A DNA stretch of 64,000 bases from Promethearchaeota archaeon. Its GTDB lineage: Archaea > Asgardarchaeota > Thorarchaeia > Thorarchaeales > Thorarchaeaceae. Under the pieces are notes generated by a model, which did not search any database, was not told where the DNA came from, and worked only from the letters and a program-made list of their open reading frames with translations. Location: positions 1 to 64,000 of the forward strand of contig JBHLPF010000010.1 in assembly GCA_048939765.1 (NCBI GenBank). Direction: 5' to 3'. Position numbers and translations under genes: made by a program. The stretch's first letter is position 1. Each line of letters begins with the position of its first letter. This document shows, piece by piece, positions 1 through 9,864 of the stretch.

Positions 1-1459
1 TATTCCAGTCCACCTTGACCTCAATCGACGGGTTCAGACTATGGGGGATTCTGTCAAAGACCTCCATTCTCACTGGACGCTTCGAATAGCTCTCAATCTC
101 GAGACGATATTTGTATGCCCTTCTAAGTTTTCCACGAGTGATGCCTGCCTTTTCGACCTCACGATTAATCAGCTTCTTTTTTGCCTTCACATCATAAGCA
201 GTCCTTGTCCCGAGTTTGAACTTCTCACGTGGACTCATGAGATTAATGCTGGTTTCCCCGATATAATCGCCCTCTGCATACACCTTGGCACCGCCGGGTA
301 GAAGCACTGCATCACCATTCGTGACCTCATCCTGGGCAACGACCTCTGCCATGCCGTCGGCGTACCAATAATGGATGGTCCTTGAAGCAAACTCTTCCTC
401 AACTAGAGTCACTGGATGACGTTTGTTATCGGATGGAATCGATACCGGTTTGGGCAGCTCATACACTGATATTCCAGAAACAGCCTCCGATGCTTCAGCA
501 AACTCCACCTCAATCTCAGGGGGTGGAGCCGGGGGAGGTGCGGCGCCTGGTGCTGCTGCCATTGGCCTAGGCATCGCCTTTTCTTTCTTCATTGCGATAG
601 AACTCGAAACCCTCTTTCTCTCATCTCTTCGTCTTCTTAGCAGTTCTGGATCATATGCTGTGATGATGAGCGGCGAACCCTCAACCGCCTCAACAGGTCG
701 TGCAGTTGCAGTTGACACAATAAAATCGACTTCTTCCCAGTCCTCGCGTGTCGCATTAGCGACAAGTGCCATCCTCCGAACCGTTGCCTTGTCAGCATAC
801 AGATCCACATCATAAGACGGATTCCAATTTGCTCCACTCACTTGGTAGGTCACATCAAGTTCCACCTCTGCCTTGTCCCTGACCTCCAACGAGATTTCAA
901 CCTCATAGAATGAGTCAGTTCTTCTCTTTGACTCAATTTGTCCAATGTTGCTTCTCAGGACACTAATCTGATCCTTAATCTCCTTGCGCTGCTCTGTTAT
1001 GGTTCTCAGCTTGTTCTTGACGGACTCTACCATCTTATCTGATTTGGAATCCATTTCGATTAACTGGTCCATCTTCGCCTCATTGGCAGCAAAAAGCATG
1101 CCGAAAGTCCCTGCGAAATCTCCAACCATTCCCCGTATATTGATGAGCCGCTGATTCTGAGTCTCCATCTCGTCTTCCATCTTATGAAGTGATTTCTCTA
1201 GTTTCTTCAGTTCGTCGTATAGCGGCTTGACATCCTCCTTTGGATCAAACACAACCTCTGTTCTTCTAACATCAATAGTAGACAATGCTGCAGGGCCTTT
1301 CCCTTTTACACGAAAGCTGTCCTCTTGTGCGTATGCTGTTATTCCTTTGACCAACACCTTCTGAGGCCCTGCATCTAGTTTCGCAGTTCCACTCCGAGAT
1401 ATACGGGCCCCATCTCTAAAGACGGTCACTTGCTGAATCCTTGTCTTCATCTCTGTCAA
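1..1459 (-). CDS. DUF4140/DUF4139 (MuiA-like) protein, 3' end runs off the window
   Basis: Not in the ORF track. TTG at 1459 follows a GGAGA SD and reads MTEMKTRIQQVTVFRDGARISRSG...EDSFRV (DUF4140-type N-terminus). The same frame reads ...RIPHSLNPSIEVKVDWN at the left edge. Confidence 0.85.
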   Translation of the reverse strand, partial: MTEMKTRIQQVTVFRDGARISRSGTAKLDAGPQKVLVKGITAYAQEDSFRVKGKGPAALSTIDVRRTEVVFDPKEDVKPLYDELKKLEKSLHKMEDEMETQNQRLINIRGMVGDFAGTFGMLFAANEAKMDQLIEMDSKSDKMVESVKNKLRTITEQRKEIKDQISVLRSNIGQIESKRRTDSFYEVEISLEVRDKAEVELDVTYQVSGANWNPSYDVDLYADKATVRRMALVANATREDWEEVDFIVSTATARPVEAVEGSPLIITAYDPELLRRRRDERKRVSSSIAMKKEKAMPRPMAAAPGAAPPPAPPPEIEVEFAEASEAVSGISVYELPKPVSIPSDNKRHPVTLVEEEFASRTIHYWYADGMAEVVAQDEVTNGDAVLLPGGAKVYAEGDYIGETSINLMSPREKFKLGTRTAYDVKAKKKLINREVEKAGITRGKLRRAYKYRLEIESYSKRPVRMEVFDRIPHSLNPSIEVKVDWN

Positions 1460-1527
1460 GAATTATCTCCCGGCTTGTCGTGAGCCGCTGCACATTTATT
1501 CTTTGAGTAGACATCTAGCATCGGGCA

Positions 1528-2772
1528 TTAATTTCTAGGCCCCTGTCGTAGAACTCTGCTGTATCCGAGCTCATCTTTGTCAATATGCTGAATTGGTATA
1601 AGCAGTCGAAAGGCACACCCATCCCTATCGACCAAATCTATTAGCTCAATTGTACCGCCCAAGTGCTCAATGATTGATTTGGTAAGATAGAGCCCCATTC
1701 CAGCTCCTCCTTTTGTTGTGAATCCCTTTTCGAAAATTACGCTTCGAAATTGGATTGGAACTCCCGGACCATCATCACAGAATATGACTTCTAGAAGCTC
1801 ACTCTGCATTTTGACCATGATCTCAACCTTAGGATTGCTCCCTGCATGCTGAGATACGTTTCGAATCATATTCGAAAAGACGGTACTGACAAGTTTGCTT
1901 CGAGGGCGAACTTGTCGAGCGTCACTGTCTGCGCTAATCTCGATTGTGAGATTCCTATCCATCAATCTAGCAAGCTCTGCAATATACTCGAGCATCGAAA
2001 CAACGTTCTCGAACTCCTCGGGAACAGGAGCTGAGAATAGTCTAAGCAAACTCGCCATTCGTTCTCCAGCAGCTAGAGATGTCTTTAGCTGATCAGAAAT
2101 TCGTCCTTCTTGCGAGGGGAGCATTAAAGATGAGAGCTCGATACCCCCAATGACCACCTGCATATCATTGCCTAAATCATGAGTTAGTATTGACGTGTAT
2201 ATTTGCAGCTCCTTTTGTCGTTCATCCAAATCCCTATTTCGTTTCTCAAGTTGTTCTACGTAATACATGTGCGTCCAGTTTCCCAGCAAAATTAGGATAG
2301 TTAGGGCAATTTCAGCGGCGATTACTTCAGCTGCGACTCCAACAGCAATCCCCGGATGGACAAAGACTGTCACGACTAGAGCAGCATTCAATAGAATTCC
2401 CAATATCGTTTCAGACCGAGGACTTAGCATTTGACTGCCAACAACTACTGCCAGAATCGGCCATGTGAAAATTTGAAACATGAGGCCTCTTTGATCCCAA
2501 ATAGGATTGGAGGATAATGCAAAGAATGGCACTAGCGAAACAAGAACGATCCCAATCTTTGCTGCAATCTCATAATATTTGGTTCTGCTGACTAGATAGA
2601 GAAAAGCGGAGAAGAACGTCATTGTAGTGTAGATAGGCATACCTTGAATGACGACACTTGTTATCTGCAATAGAGGAAAGACACAACAGCCTGCAAACAA
2701 TGCAGTGGATACGTATCTTGCTTTTAGTGTGGGACCTCCTGGGTCTACCTCAGGCGCAGGTTCTGTCAGCAA
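1528..2772 (-). CDS. Membrane sensor histidine kinase
   Basis: About 5 TM segments, H-box THDLGN, N-box NMIRN, G1 DDGPG, G2 GAGMGL. Start uncertain because the frame stays open upstream. Confidence 0.9.
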   Translation of the reverse strand: MLTEPAPEVDPGGPTLKARYVSTALFAGCCVFPLLQITSVVIQGMPIYTTMTFFSAFLYLVSRTKYYEIAAKIGIVLVSLVPFFALSSNPIWDQRGLMFQIFTWPILAVVVGSQMLSPRSETILGILLNAALVVTVFVHPGIAVGVAAEVIAAEIALTILILLGNWTHMYYVEQLEKRNRDLDERQKELQIYTSILTHDLGNDMQVVIGGIELSSLMLPSQEGRISDQLKTSLAAGERMASLLRLFSAPVPEEFENVVSMLEYIAELARLMDRNLTIEISADSDARQVRPRSKLVSTVFSNMIRNVSQHAGSNPKVEIMVKMQSELLEVIFCDDGPGVPIQFRSVIFEKGFTTKGGAGMGLYLTKSIIEHLGGTIELIDLVDRDGCAFRLLIPIQHIDKDELGYSRVLRQGPRN

Positions 2773-2970
2773 GAAGGGGAGATCTGCGATTCTCCGTAGA
2801 ATGGACTTTGCATCGATGCCCCTTCCAACTAACAGTCTTAACCAACTCCAATTGATAGTGTGGACCTATCTTTACAGCTAATAACAGTCCACGAGAATTG
2901 TTTTATCTATTCATATTTCTTATTACGTAGTACTGACTCCACACGCGTAACTCTTGGAGACGAAGCACCA

Positions 2971-5568
2971 TTGAGCAGAGAGATCGCACGCATGGGCTTC
3001 AGAAACGCCTTCCGAAGAAAGCGTGTTGCAATGTTTACGGTTATTTCAATTGCAATCGCAGTGAGCCTCCTATACACTGCGCTATCGGCAAGCACCAGTC
3101 TTCAGCATAGCGCGAATCTCTTTCTACAAGATACATTATCACCAGTGGACATCACGGTTTCAAATGGTGGGCAGTGGCATAGACGAATTAATACCGAAAT
3201 GAGAGCTGCGATTGAACGCATTCCTAGTGTAACAAAAACTATTCCCAGAATTGAAGAGTATGTTTGGCTCGAGAACGGAACTGATACACTCTATATGATT
3301 TTGGTAGGGCTGGATCTACAGCAAGAGCCACACGTAGGGAGCCTGAATTCAACCGAAGGGATTCTCGACCTCTCAGGCAACCAATGTTTCCTGACCAGAG
3401 AAGCGGTGAATCTTCTGAACATCAGTGTTGGCGATGAACTACAGATTTCAACTACAGCGGGCTTTCAATTCCTCAATGTCAGCGGATACGGGCTGGCACT
3501 CGATAAGGGGGTCATAGGACCCGTTGTCTTTGTTTCTCTGGAAACAGCACACTCTATCTATAGTATCAGATACCCTGAGGATTCAGTTGGAAAGCTGCTC
3601 GTGGAAATCGATGACATTTTCCGAGCTCCAGAGATTATGAACGATATTTCCAACCTAATCGGCGAAGATTTCATTGTTTCAAATGTCAAATCGTATCCTC
3701 TCGAGCTTGCCAATACTTTTCTCGCTCAAGCACGTACAATTCTGTTGGCACTCGTTGCGGCAGCTTGTTTCATCGCTGTATTCAGAGTCTTTTCCGCATT
3801 TGCCATGGTCTTCAATGAACGGAGATATGAAACAGGGGTGGTCCTTGCATTCGGCGCATCAAGAACAACGGTACTCATCCTATTTATGTCAGAAATTGGG
3901 ACAATAGGACTCATTGGGGCTGCTTTTGGCGGCGTTCTTGGTATTGCAATGGGTGCGATTGTTATTCAATTTGCCATTCTATTGCTTTCAATAATGACCA
4001 TTTCACCAACATTAGATTTCATCTCGTCGATACAAGCTATTGATCCCTTGCTGATACCACTAGCAGGTCTTTTTGGAATCATTCTAACACTCCTAGCTGG
4101 TTATCTTCCTGCTTGGAGGGCATCAAGAGGGTCTGTTATCGAAAGCATTGGCGCAGGCCCCATTGCGCCATCGCAACGCAAAGGCTACATGACTCGAGAA
4201 ACACGAAGAAGGATTCAAGGGATTGTGGCATTCATCTCAGTCTTCCTTGTAGCATTAGTGTTTCTACAGATGTGTTCTGATTTGCTCAATTTGCATTGGA
4301 TATCATCTGATTTCATTCGAATTGCTTCAATACCCGCATTTCTGATGATGGCTATTTCAGTATCACCAAAGCTAGCAAACTCTGAACTCTCAGTTCGTCC
4401 GTTGATATCGCGATCCTCTCAAGTAGTTCAAATAATGTCAAAAAGGAATATCAGACGAAACACACTGAGCGGATTGATTATCTTCAATCTCTTTGTTTCG
4501 GTGACTGTACTCTTTGTCGCCTCAACTAATGTAGGCCTGGCTATTTCAGAATCTTGGAATGCCAATCTTGGATGGCAAACAAGCTCTGCCAACATAGTTG
4601 TTTACATGGACCCTCCACTCCAAATCGATTTCATCGAAGAAATCGAAGATATGGCAAATGTCACAGAAGTTGTGGCAATGAACCAGGGACTTGGGAATAT
4701 AATCAGCCCATCAAGAACAGCTTCCGGATTGATTATCGGCATACGACCTGAAGGGTTTTCACGTCTAGCTTCGCTTTCGGTCTCTAGCCAAGAGAATCAA
4801 TCATTAGGCTTCCTCGCAATAAATGAACCATATACTTGCATCCTATCTGAGTACTCAGCAGACGCTCTGAACGTGGGGGTTGGAGATTATGTTGAAATTG
4901 GAGTAGCAGCAGATGTTAGAGTCGTGGGGATATGTGAATCAGCTGTTCCAGTGTTTGTGGTCAGTGTTGTGAATCCTACCTTTGCGATAGTAGGAGTTGA
5001 AACATGGGAGGATGTACGTGAGCAGGAATTCATGGTTGGGAGTGTTTTGATTGATTCGTCCAATCCTGATGCCACCATTGCGGATGTAATGATGTTATCA
5101 AACGCACATCCAGTTTTGGTATCTTCATTGGAAACGGACTATGAGGCTGCGCTGAATGCAATCCAAGTGGTCGTCAATGCCTCGCTAATGACGCTATTCC
5201 TCGTAACGTTGGCTAGTGCCTTTTTGAGTAGCTGGTCAATAGCATCTACGCGGAGGCGCGAGATTGGCATGCTATCCGCTCTCGGAATGACTGATTCGCA
5301 AATCGCCCAAACATTGACTGCTGAGAGTGCAAGTGGTATGATCTCAGGTGCTCTTGTGGGCGTTATAATCGGGCTCCTTGTCCAAGTTGCACTATCAGAG
5401 ATTATAATGCGTTTCACTGGCGGCGTATTGCATTTTGTGAATCCAGGTATTGTGTTTCTCATCGTTCTATCCCTCGTAGGTTCAATTGCCGCATCTTACT
5501 ATGTCATCAGGAATACCACAAGGACCCGAGTTGTCGGTCTTCTGCGGGATTTGGGGCGCGGCAGATGA
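2971..5568 (+). CDS. FtsX/MacB-like ABC transporter permease (duplicated halves)
   Basis: Two FtsX modules (ERRYETGVVLAFGA and RRREIGMLSALG) with extracytoplasmic domains. Start taken as the TTG at 2971; ATG 2992 is an alternative. Confidence 0.88.
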   Translation: MSREIARMGFRNAFRRKRVAMFTVISIAIAVSLLYTALSASTSLQHSANLFLQDTLSPVDITVSNGGQWHRRINTEMRAAIERIPSVTKTIPRIEEYVWLENGTDTLYMILVGLDLQQEPHVGSLNSTEGILDLSGNQCFLTREAVNLLNISVGDELQISTTAGFQFLNVSGYGLALDKGVIGPVVFVSLETAHSIYSIRYPEDSVGKLLVEIDDIFRAPEIMNDISNLIGEDFIVSNVKSYPLELANTFLAQARTILLALVAAACFIAVFRVFSAFAMVFNERRYETGVVLAFGASRTTVLILFMSEIGTIGLIGAAFGGVLGIAMGAIVIQFAILLLSIMTISPTLDFISSIQAIDPLLIPLAGLFGIILTLLAGYLPAWRASRGSVIESIGAGPIAPSQRKGYMTRETRRRIQGIVAFISVFLVALVFLQMCSDLLNLHWISSDFIRIASIPAFLMMAISVSPKLANSELSVRPLISRSSQVVQIMSKRNIRRNTLSGLIIFNLFVSVTVLFVASTNVGLAISESWNANLGWQTSSANIVVYMDPPLQIDFIEEIEDMANVTEVVAMNQGLGNIISPSRTASGLIIGIRPEGFSRLASLSVSSQENQSLGFLAINEPYTCILSEYSADALNVGVGDYVEIGVAADVRVVGICESAVPVFVVSVVNPTFAIVGVETWEDVREQEFMVGSVLIDSSNPDATIADVMMLSNAHPVLVSSLETDYEAALNAIQVVVNASLMTLFLVTLASAFLSSWSIASTRRREIGMLSALGMTDSQIAQTLTAESASGMISGALVGVIIGLLVQVALSEIIMRFTGGVLHFVNPGIVFLIVLSLVGSIAASYYVIRNTTRTRVVGLLRDLGRGR

Positions 5569-5641
5569 AGATTCGGTCAAACTTGGTGGAATGGGACGCA
5601 CTTATATCGTACAAAATAAATGAAGAATCGAGGTCAACTTT

Positions 5642-5869
5642 ATGGCATCCGTACATATTCTGATTCAAGCAGAGTCGGGACTGATGTGGGCAGTATCAGA
5701 AGCTCTCGAGAAGGTGGATCATGTTGAATCAGTCCACGTCGTCACAGGACCATATGATATCATAGTCCGCCTTGATATGCCTGTGGAGGATCTTAGAGCC
5801 CTCATGGATACTGTTCATGCGGTACCGGGTATCATCCGTACTGAAACTTGTATAGCAGTACGGACCTAG
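5642..5869 (+). CDS. Stand-alone Lrp/AsnC ligand-binding (RAM) domain protein
   Basis: VTGPYDII and GIIRTET motifs, 75 aa, no HTH. TATA-like cttata lies about 40 nt upstream. Confidence 0.88.
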   Translation: MASVHILIQAESGLMWAVSEALEKVDHVESVHVVTGPYDIIVRLDMPVEDLRALMDTVHAVPGIIRTETCIAVRT

Positions 5870-5979
5870 AATCGCTGACTCACTGCATAGAAGACTTGCG
5901 TACATTATGGAACCTAGGTATTCTTCCAGTAGTTGATATCTAATTGCTCAAGTCCCGAGTATGACGGCATGTCAAGCTT

Positions 5980-6801
5980 ATGGCGGTGCGGGCGGCAGTG
6001 TCGTTCAAGTATCTCACTGACCTTGAGTATGGAGAAGCATTTCGCAAATTCGGCAATATACGGAAAGCGATTGCTGAACTAGTTCATTCCCTGACTAAGG
6101 GTAGTGCAGATTCTATTCTAGATATTCCAGCAGGCCATGGCTATTTGACAGCAGAGTTTGCTCATCTATTCCCCTCAAGCAAGTTCATTGCTCTGGGTCT
6201 GAGAAATGACCTCGCCTCATATGTTGCATTGAGGGAATCCGAATCATTCCCCCTGAAGATTTGGACACATGTTTCGTACATTGCTTCTGATGCATTGATG
6301 ATTCCGTTCTGCAATGGAGCCTTTGATCTTGTCATTAATTTCCTGGGTTTGGAAGATATCCAGATGACTAGAGGAATTGCTGGAGTTCAAGTTGCTCTCT
6401 CTGAGATGGCGCGTGTGCTTGACGAGAAAGGACTTCTTCAAATTAGTCTTGTTGAATACGGCGACCTTCCCGAAGAGAAAATCGCAAAGGATGTGTGGGC
6501 TGCTACAGGACTAAATCCAATATTCGAAACCAAGGATTGGTACCAGCAAGAGATTGAATCACTTGGATTGCATCTTTTCAAAGAGAAGCAATTCATCTTT
6601 CCAAAGAAGATGACTCCAGCTCAAGCAAAGGAAGAAATTGAATTTGCTTGCAATGTCGCTCCTTCCGTCTTCTCCGAGTTCGGCGTTTCAGCTGCGAGCT
6701 TTGATGATCTTTGGTCGAAGTTTGAAGACCGCATTGAAGCTCATGGCATGGCATATTGGTCTCGGATTCGAGTGATGCTCTTCAAGCATCATGATGACTG
6801 A
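5980..6801 (+). CDS. Class I SAM-dependent methyltransferase
   Basis: Motifs ILDIPAGHG, FDLVI and EMARVL. Confidence 0.85.
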   Translation: MAVRAAVSFKYLTDLEYGEAFRKFGNIRKAIAELVHSLTKGSADSILDIPAGHGYLTAEFAHLFPSSKFIALGLRNDLASYVALRESESFPLKIWTHVSYIASDALMIPFCNGAFDLVINFLGLEDIQMTRGIAGVQVALSEMARVLDEKGLLQISLVEYGDLPEEKIAKDVWAATGLNPIFETKDWYQQEIESLGLHLFKEKQFIFPKKMTPAQAKEEIEFACNVAPSVFSEFGVSAASFDDLWSKFEDRIEAHGMAYWSRIRVMLFKHHDD

Positions 6802-8031
6802 CTATCGCCAGACTTTCTTCAGTAATGCCAGAGCGTTCCCACCCATTACTTTGATGACCTCCTCATCCGAATATCCGTTCTTTACCATCCATCGGGCGAC
6901 ATTGTGCAATGCTTCGCTGGGATTCTCAACACCCTTCACATAGTCTGGAAGCCTACTCTCATCCAAATCTGGTATTTGCCCCGGACGCGGATAGTGCCCC
7001 ATACCGGCCGTTGATAGGATTTCATCGTAAAGCTTGTAGAGACCGACGTGGTCACCGTAGAACGTATCTGGTCCGCATCCGACGTGATTGATGCCCATCA
7101 GTTCAATACAGTACTCCAGATGCTTTCCGTAGGTATCAATTGAGGGAGTCTTGTTCTCATTCGTCGCAGTATATCCAGGTGCAGCTTCAATCCCAATGAC
7201 ACCACCCTTCTCAGCCAAAGCATTCAGGACTTCATCAGGAACCATTCGCTTGATTGTGTGCACTGTCTTCGATCCGGCATGCGAAATAATCAGCGGCTTT
7301 TTGGCACACTCAATTGTATCTAGGGCGGTCTGGTCGCTGACATGGCTTACGTCAACCAGCATTCCAACCTTGTTCATGCGAATAACTGCATCATATCCAA
7401 AGTCAGTCAGTCCACCGTCACGCATCTCATCAAGTCCAGTGCCCAGTTGATTGGTCTCACTATAGACTAGTCCCATTGATCTAATCCCAAGACCGTAGAG
7501 AACATCGATCCTATCGACTTCATTCTCAATGCATGTGGAGGACTCAAGTACTGCAACCCAAGCGAGTTTTCCCGTATCAAACGCAGTGATGATGTCCTCG
7601 ACTCTACGGCAATGGATGACATAGTCTTGGTGTGTTATGTCACAAAGACGCTGCCCAAGATCGTGTATGGTGTCAGTCCATTTCCATCCATGCTTTGAGG
7701 TTATATTGACTGAGCCATCCATCAGATTGTCGAAGACAGCATCGAGGTTGGTCTTGCTGAGAGCTTCATATGCCAAGCTGTCCCTGCCTTCGCGATTGAC
7801 CAATAGAGAATCCTTTGAGTCTGCGGGGTACAATACAGGGTGCTCATGAAGATCTATCACGATATTGTTCTCAAGAATCTCCTGAACTCGCTCCTCTTCT
7901 GTCTTTGAGAGTGGCACCTTGTAGGCCCAGTCCTTCTTCACCGGCTCCCGCCACTTGAATGCTTGATAGTCAGTGCCCGGTGTTAGGTATTGATATGGCT
8001 CATAGCCATCGTATTTCTTGTCTTTTCCCAT
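6802..8031 (-). CDS. Membrane/renal dipeptidase family (M19) amidohydrolase
   Basis: IDLHEH, LVDVSH, IISHA and HVGCGPD motifs. ATG 8031 follows a GGAG SD. Confidence 0.9.
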   Translation of the reverse strand: MGKDKKYDGYEPYQYLTPGTDYQAFKWREPVKKDWAYKVPLSKTEEERVQEILENNIVIDLHEHPVLYPADSKDSLLVNREGRDSLAYEALSKTNLDAVFDNLMDGSVNITSKHGWKWTDTIHDLGQRLCDITHQDYVIHCRRVEDIITAFDTGKLAWVAVLESSTCIENEVDRIDVLYGLGIRSMGLVYSETNQLGTGLDEMRDGGLTDFGYDAVIRMNKVGMLVDVSHVSDQTALDTIECAKKPLIISHAGSKTVHTIKRMVPDEVLNALAEKGGVIGIEAAPGYTATNENKTPSIDTYGKHLEYCIELMGINHVGCGPDTFYGDHVGLYKLYDEILSTAGMGHYPRPGQIPDLDESRLPDYVKGVENPSEALHNVARWMVKNGYSDEEVIKVMGGNALALLKKVWR

Positions 8032-8049
8032 TTCTACTACTCCAATCAT

Positions 8050-8793
8050 TTACTTCTTGAACACTGTATCCATGAGTTTGTCAAAGTCAGCCGCAGGATA
8101 TGTCAGGCGACTGTGTCTGAGCTTTAAGTCCACAAACATCTCAGCAGTCTTGATAGCAGCCTTCAAAGGATTGACAATTGGAATTGCTGGTTTTTGAATG
8201 ACTTCATCAGCCATCTTAAATGCCATTGACATACATCCTAGCACCAGACAACCTGCCCCCTTTGAGCTAGCCTTCTCAACTCCCGCTGACATCTCCTCTA
8301 CTAAACCATCTCCTCCCGACCCCCACATTTGCGCTATTGGCATCTCCACAAACTCCACCGAGGCAAATCTGCTCTCTAATCCCATCTCTCTAATACGAAC
8401 TCGGACTCCAGCCTCTGATTCCACACCTGCCTGCAATGGAGCAAGCACGCTGAACCGATCAGCAATCATGCATGCGAGATGATAGGATGACTCTGCCGGC
8501 CCGATGATTGGCATATCCATCATCTCTCGTGCCGCAGCCAACCCAGGGTCTCCCGCACACCCGATAATGATTGCGTCATACTTGTTTTCATTTCCGATCT
8601 GAAGCAACCTCTTCAACATTGGCCCTATTGACATGTACTCCTCTATCGATGACTCTATTGAAAGAGGACCCTCGCCAACCTCTTCAGTATGAAAGGTCGA
8701 ACCTGGCCGAATTATCGTGTTGCCTGTTTCCGCGCGGCGCTTCAGTTCATCCTCAGGCATTCCATCTCCTGGAATAAGATACAGTAATTCCAT
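8050..8793 (-). CDS. Asp/Glu/hydantoin racemase family protein
   Basis: GPLSIES motif and two catalytic Cys motifs (IGCAGDPG, LGCMS). ATG 8793 follows a GGGTGA SD. Confidence 0.88.
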   Translation of the reverse strand: MELLYLIPGDGMPEDELKRRAETGNTIIRPGSTFHTEEVGEGPLSIESSIEEYMSIGPMLKRLLQIGNENKYDAIIIGCAGDPGLAAAREMMDMPIIGPAESSYHLACMIADRFSVLAPLQAGVESEAGVRVRIREMGLESRFASVEFVEMPIAQMWGSGGDGLVEEMSAGVEKASSKGAGCLVLGCMSMAFKMADEVIQKPAIPIVNPLKAAIKTAEMFVDLKLRHSRLTYPAADFDKLMDTVFKK

Positions 8794-8964
8794 GGGGTCA
8801 CCCATCGGGATGCTCGCTAATCCAATTATTATATCCTTTCTACAGGTCAAATCTGAGGCTTGATTGGATTATTTTGTAAGATGCAGCTGAATTCATCATA
8901 CACGGCATTATTAGTGATGAGTCCATTGCAAACTCCAATTCACTTAGTACTATGGTGAAATGAC

Positions 8965-9333
8965 ATGACAGAAATTCCAATGCCTGAAGATGCTATGAAA
9001 GCTCCAAGAGGCGAGCGCCCCCTAGGAGTCATGATTTTGGCAGTATTGAACTGGCTTGAGGCTCTGATCATAATAGCATTCGGCGCGATAGTCTTTTCAT
9101 GGGGATTCATTTGGCCCATCGTAGGTTTGATCATAATCTTAATTGGATTATTCTTTTTCTACATAGGTCTTGGCCTGTGGAATTTGAGGGGATGGGCCTG
9201 GACATGGGCTATGCTTCTGAACATCCTTGGGGCCATCATCACTCTCATTGGTCAAATGTGGTTAGGCCTCGGGGTCAGTATTATAATCATTGTATATCTG
9301 AATGCACCTGATATCAGACGCGTCTTTAGGTAG
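8965..9333 (+). CDS. Small 4-TM membrane protein
   Basis: RPLGV...GLWNLRGWAW...YLNAPDIRRVF pattern, hydrophobic, GGTGA SD. Confidence 0.8.
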   Translation: MTEIPMPEDAMKAPRGERPLGVMILAVLNWLEALIIIAFGAIVFSWGFIWPIVGLIIILIGLFFFYIGLGLWNLRGWAWTWAMLLNILGAIITLIGQMWLGLGVSIIIIVYLNAPDIRRVFR

Positions 9334-9342
9334 AAATGGGTG

Positions 9343-9379
9343 GGTTGGAGCTTCGGGCTCCAATCCTGCGTTCTTTTTT
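9343..9379 (+). terminator. GC hairpin plus T-tract downstream of 8965..9333
   Basis: GGTTGGAGC-TTCGG-GCTCCAATC followed by TTCTTTTTT. Confidence 0.65.
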
Positions 9380-9483
9380 AGTGTCACCCCAAACATGAAT
9401 TTGTGTCCCATGCACCTGTTTATTGGAGAAACTGACAAGATAGAGGCAAAAGAGGACGGACATATCTGATGAAGAAAGCTCAA

Positions 9484-9504
9484 GGGACTCAAAAGCCGAG
9501 TCCC
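9484..9504 (-). terminator. 3' hairpin downstream of rubredoxin
   Basis: GGGACTC-N7-GAGTCCC about 20 nt after the stop, followed by TTTCTT on the minus strand. Confidence 0.5.
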
Positions 9505-9522
9505 ATTGCATATTGGGGAGCT

Positions 9523-9681
9523 CTAGATCTGCTCAAAATCCTCTTTCGCGGCGCCACACATGGGACAGACCCACTCATCTGGAAGGTCAGCGAATAACGT
9601 GCCAGGTGCAATTCCGCTATCTGGATCGCCAACATCTTCGTCATAGACATATCCACAAACTAAGCATTCCCATTTGGCCAT
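9523..9681 (-). CDS. rub: Rubredoxin (52 aa)
   Basis: Missed by the ORF track. [52 protein letters not shown] has two CxxC motifs and an AGGAG SD. Confidence 0.97.
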   Translation of the reverse strand: MAKWECLVCGYVYDEDVGDPDSGIAPGTLFADLPDEWVCPMCGAAKEDFEQI

Positions 9682-9805
9682 GTTAGCAAACTCCTATACA
9701 TACGACTTGGAACACCGCGTGCTAAAAGCACCGCTGTTCTTCGCACGGCTTCAGAGATATTGAGATAAAAGGCTTCGCCTATCACGTTTTTCAATGATGT
9801 TGATA

Positions 9806-9844
9806 GAAAAAGAGAGAGGGTACTCGTGCCCCGAAGGACACGAG
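9806..9844 (-). terminator. cUUCGg tetraloop hairpin plus pyrimidine tract after 9865..12327
   Basis: Minus strand reads CTCGTGTCC-TTCG-GGGCACGAG, then CCCTCTCTCTTTTTCT. Confidence 0.7.
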
Positions 9845-9864
9845 ACCTGCAATATGCTGGATAA

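Noticed and set aside
9455-9505. CTGATGA...GAAA resembling a hammerhead core or C/D box
   Set aside because: No stem II between CUGAUGA and GAAA, no flanking stems, and no properly placed D box.
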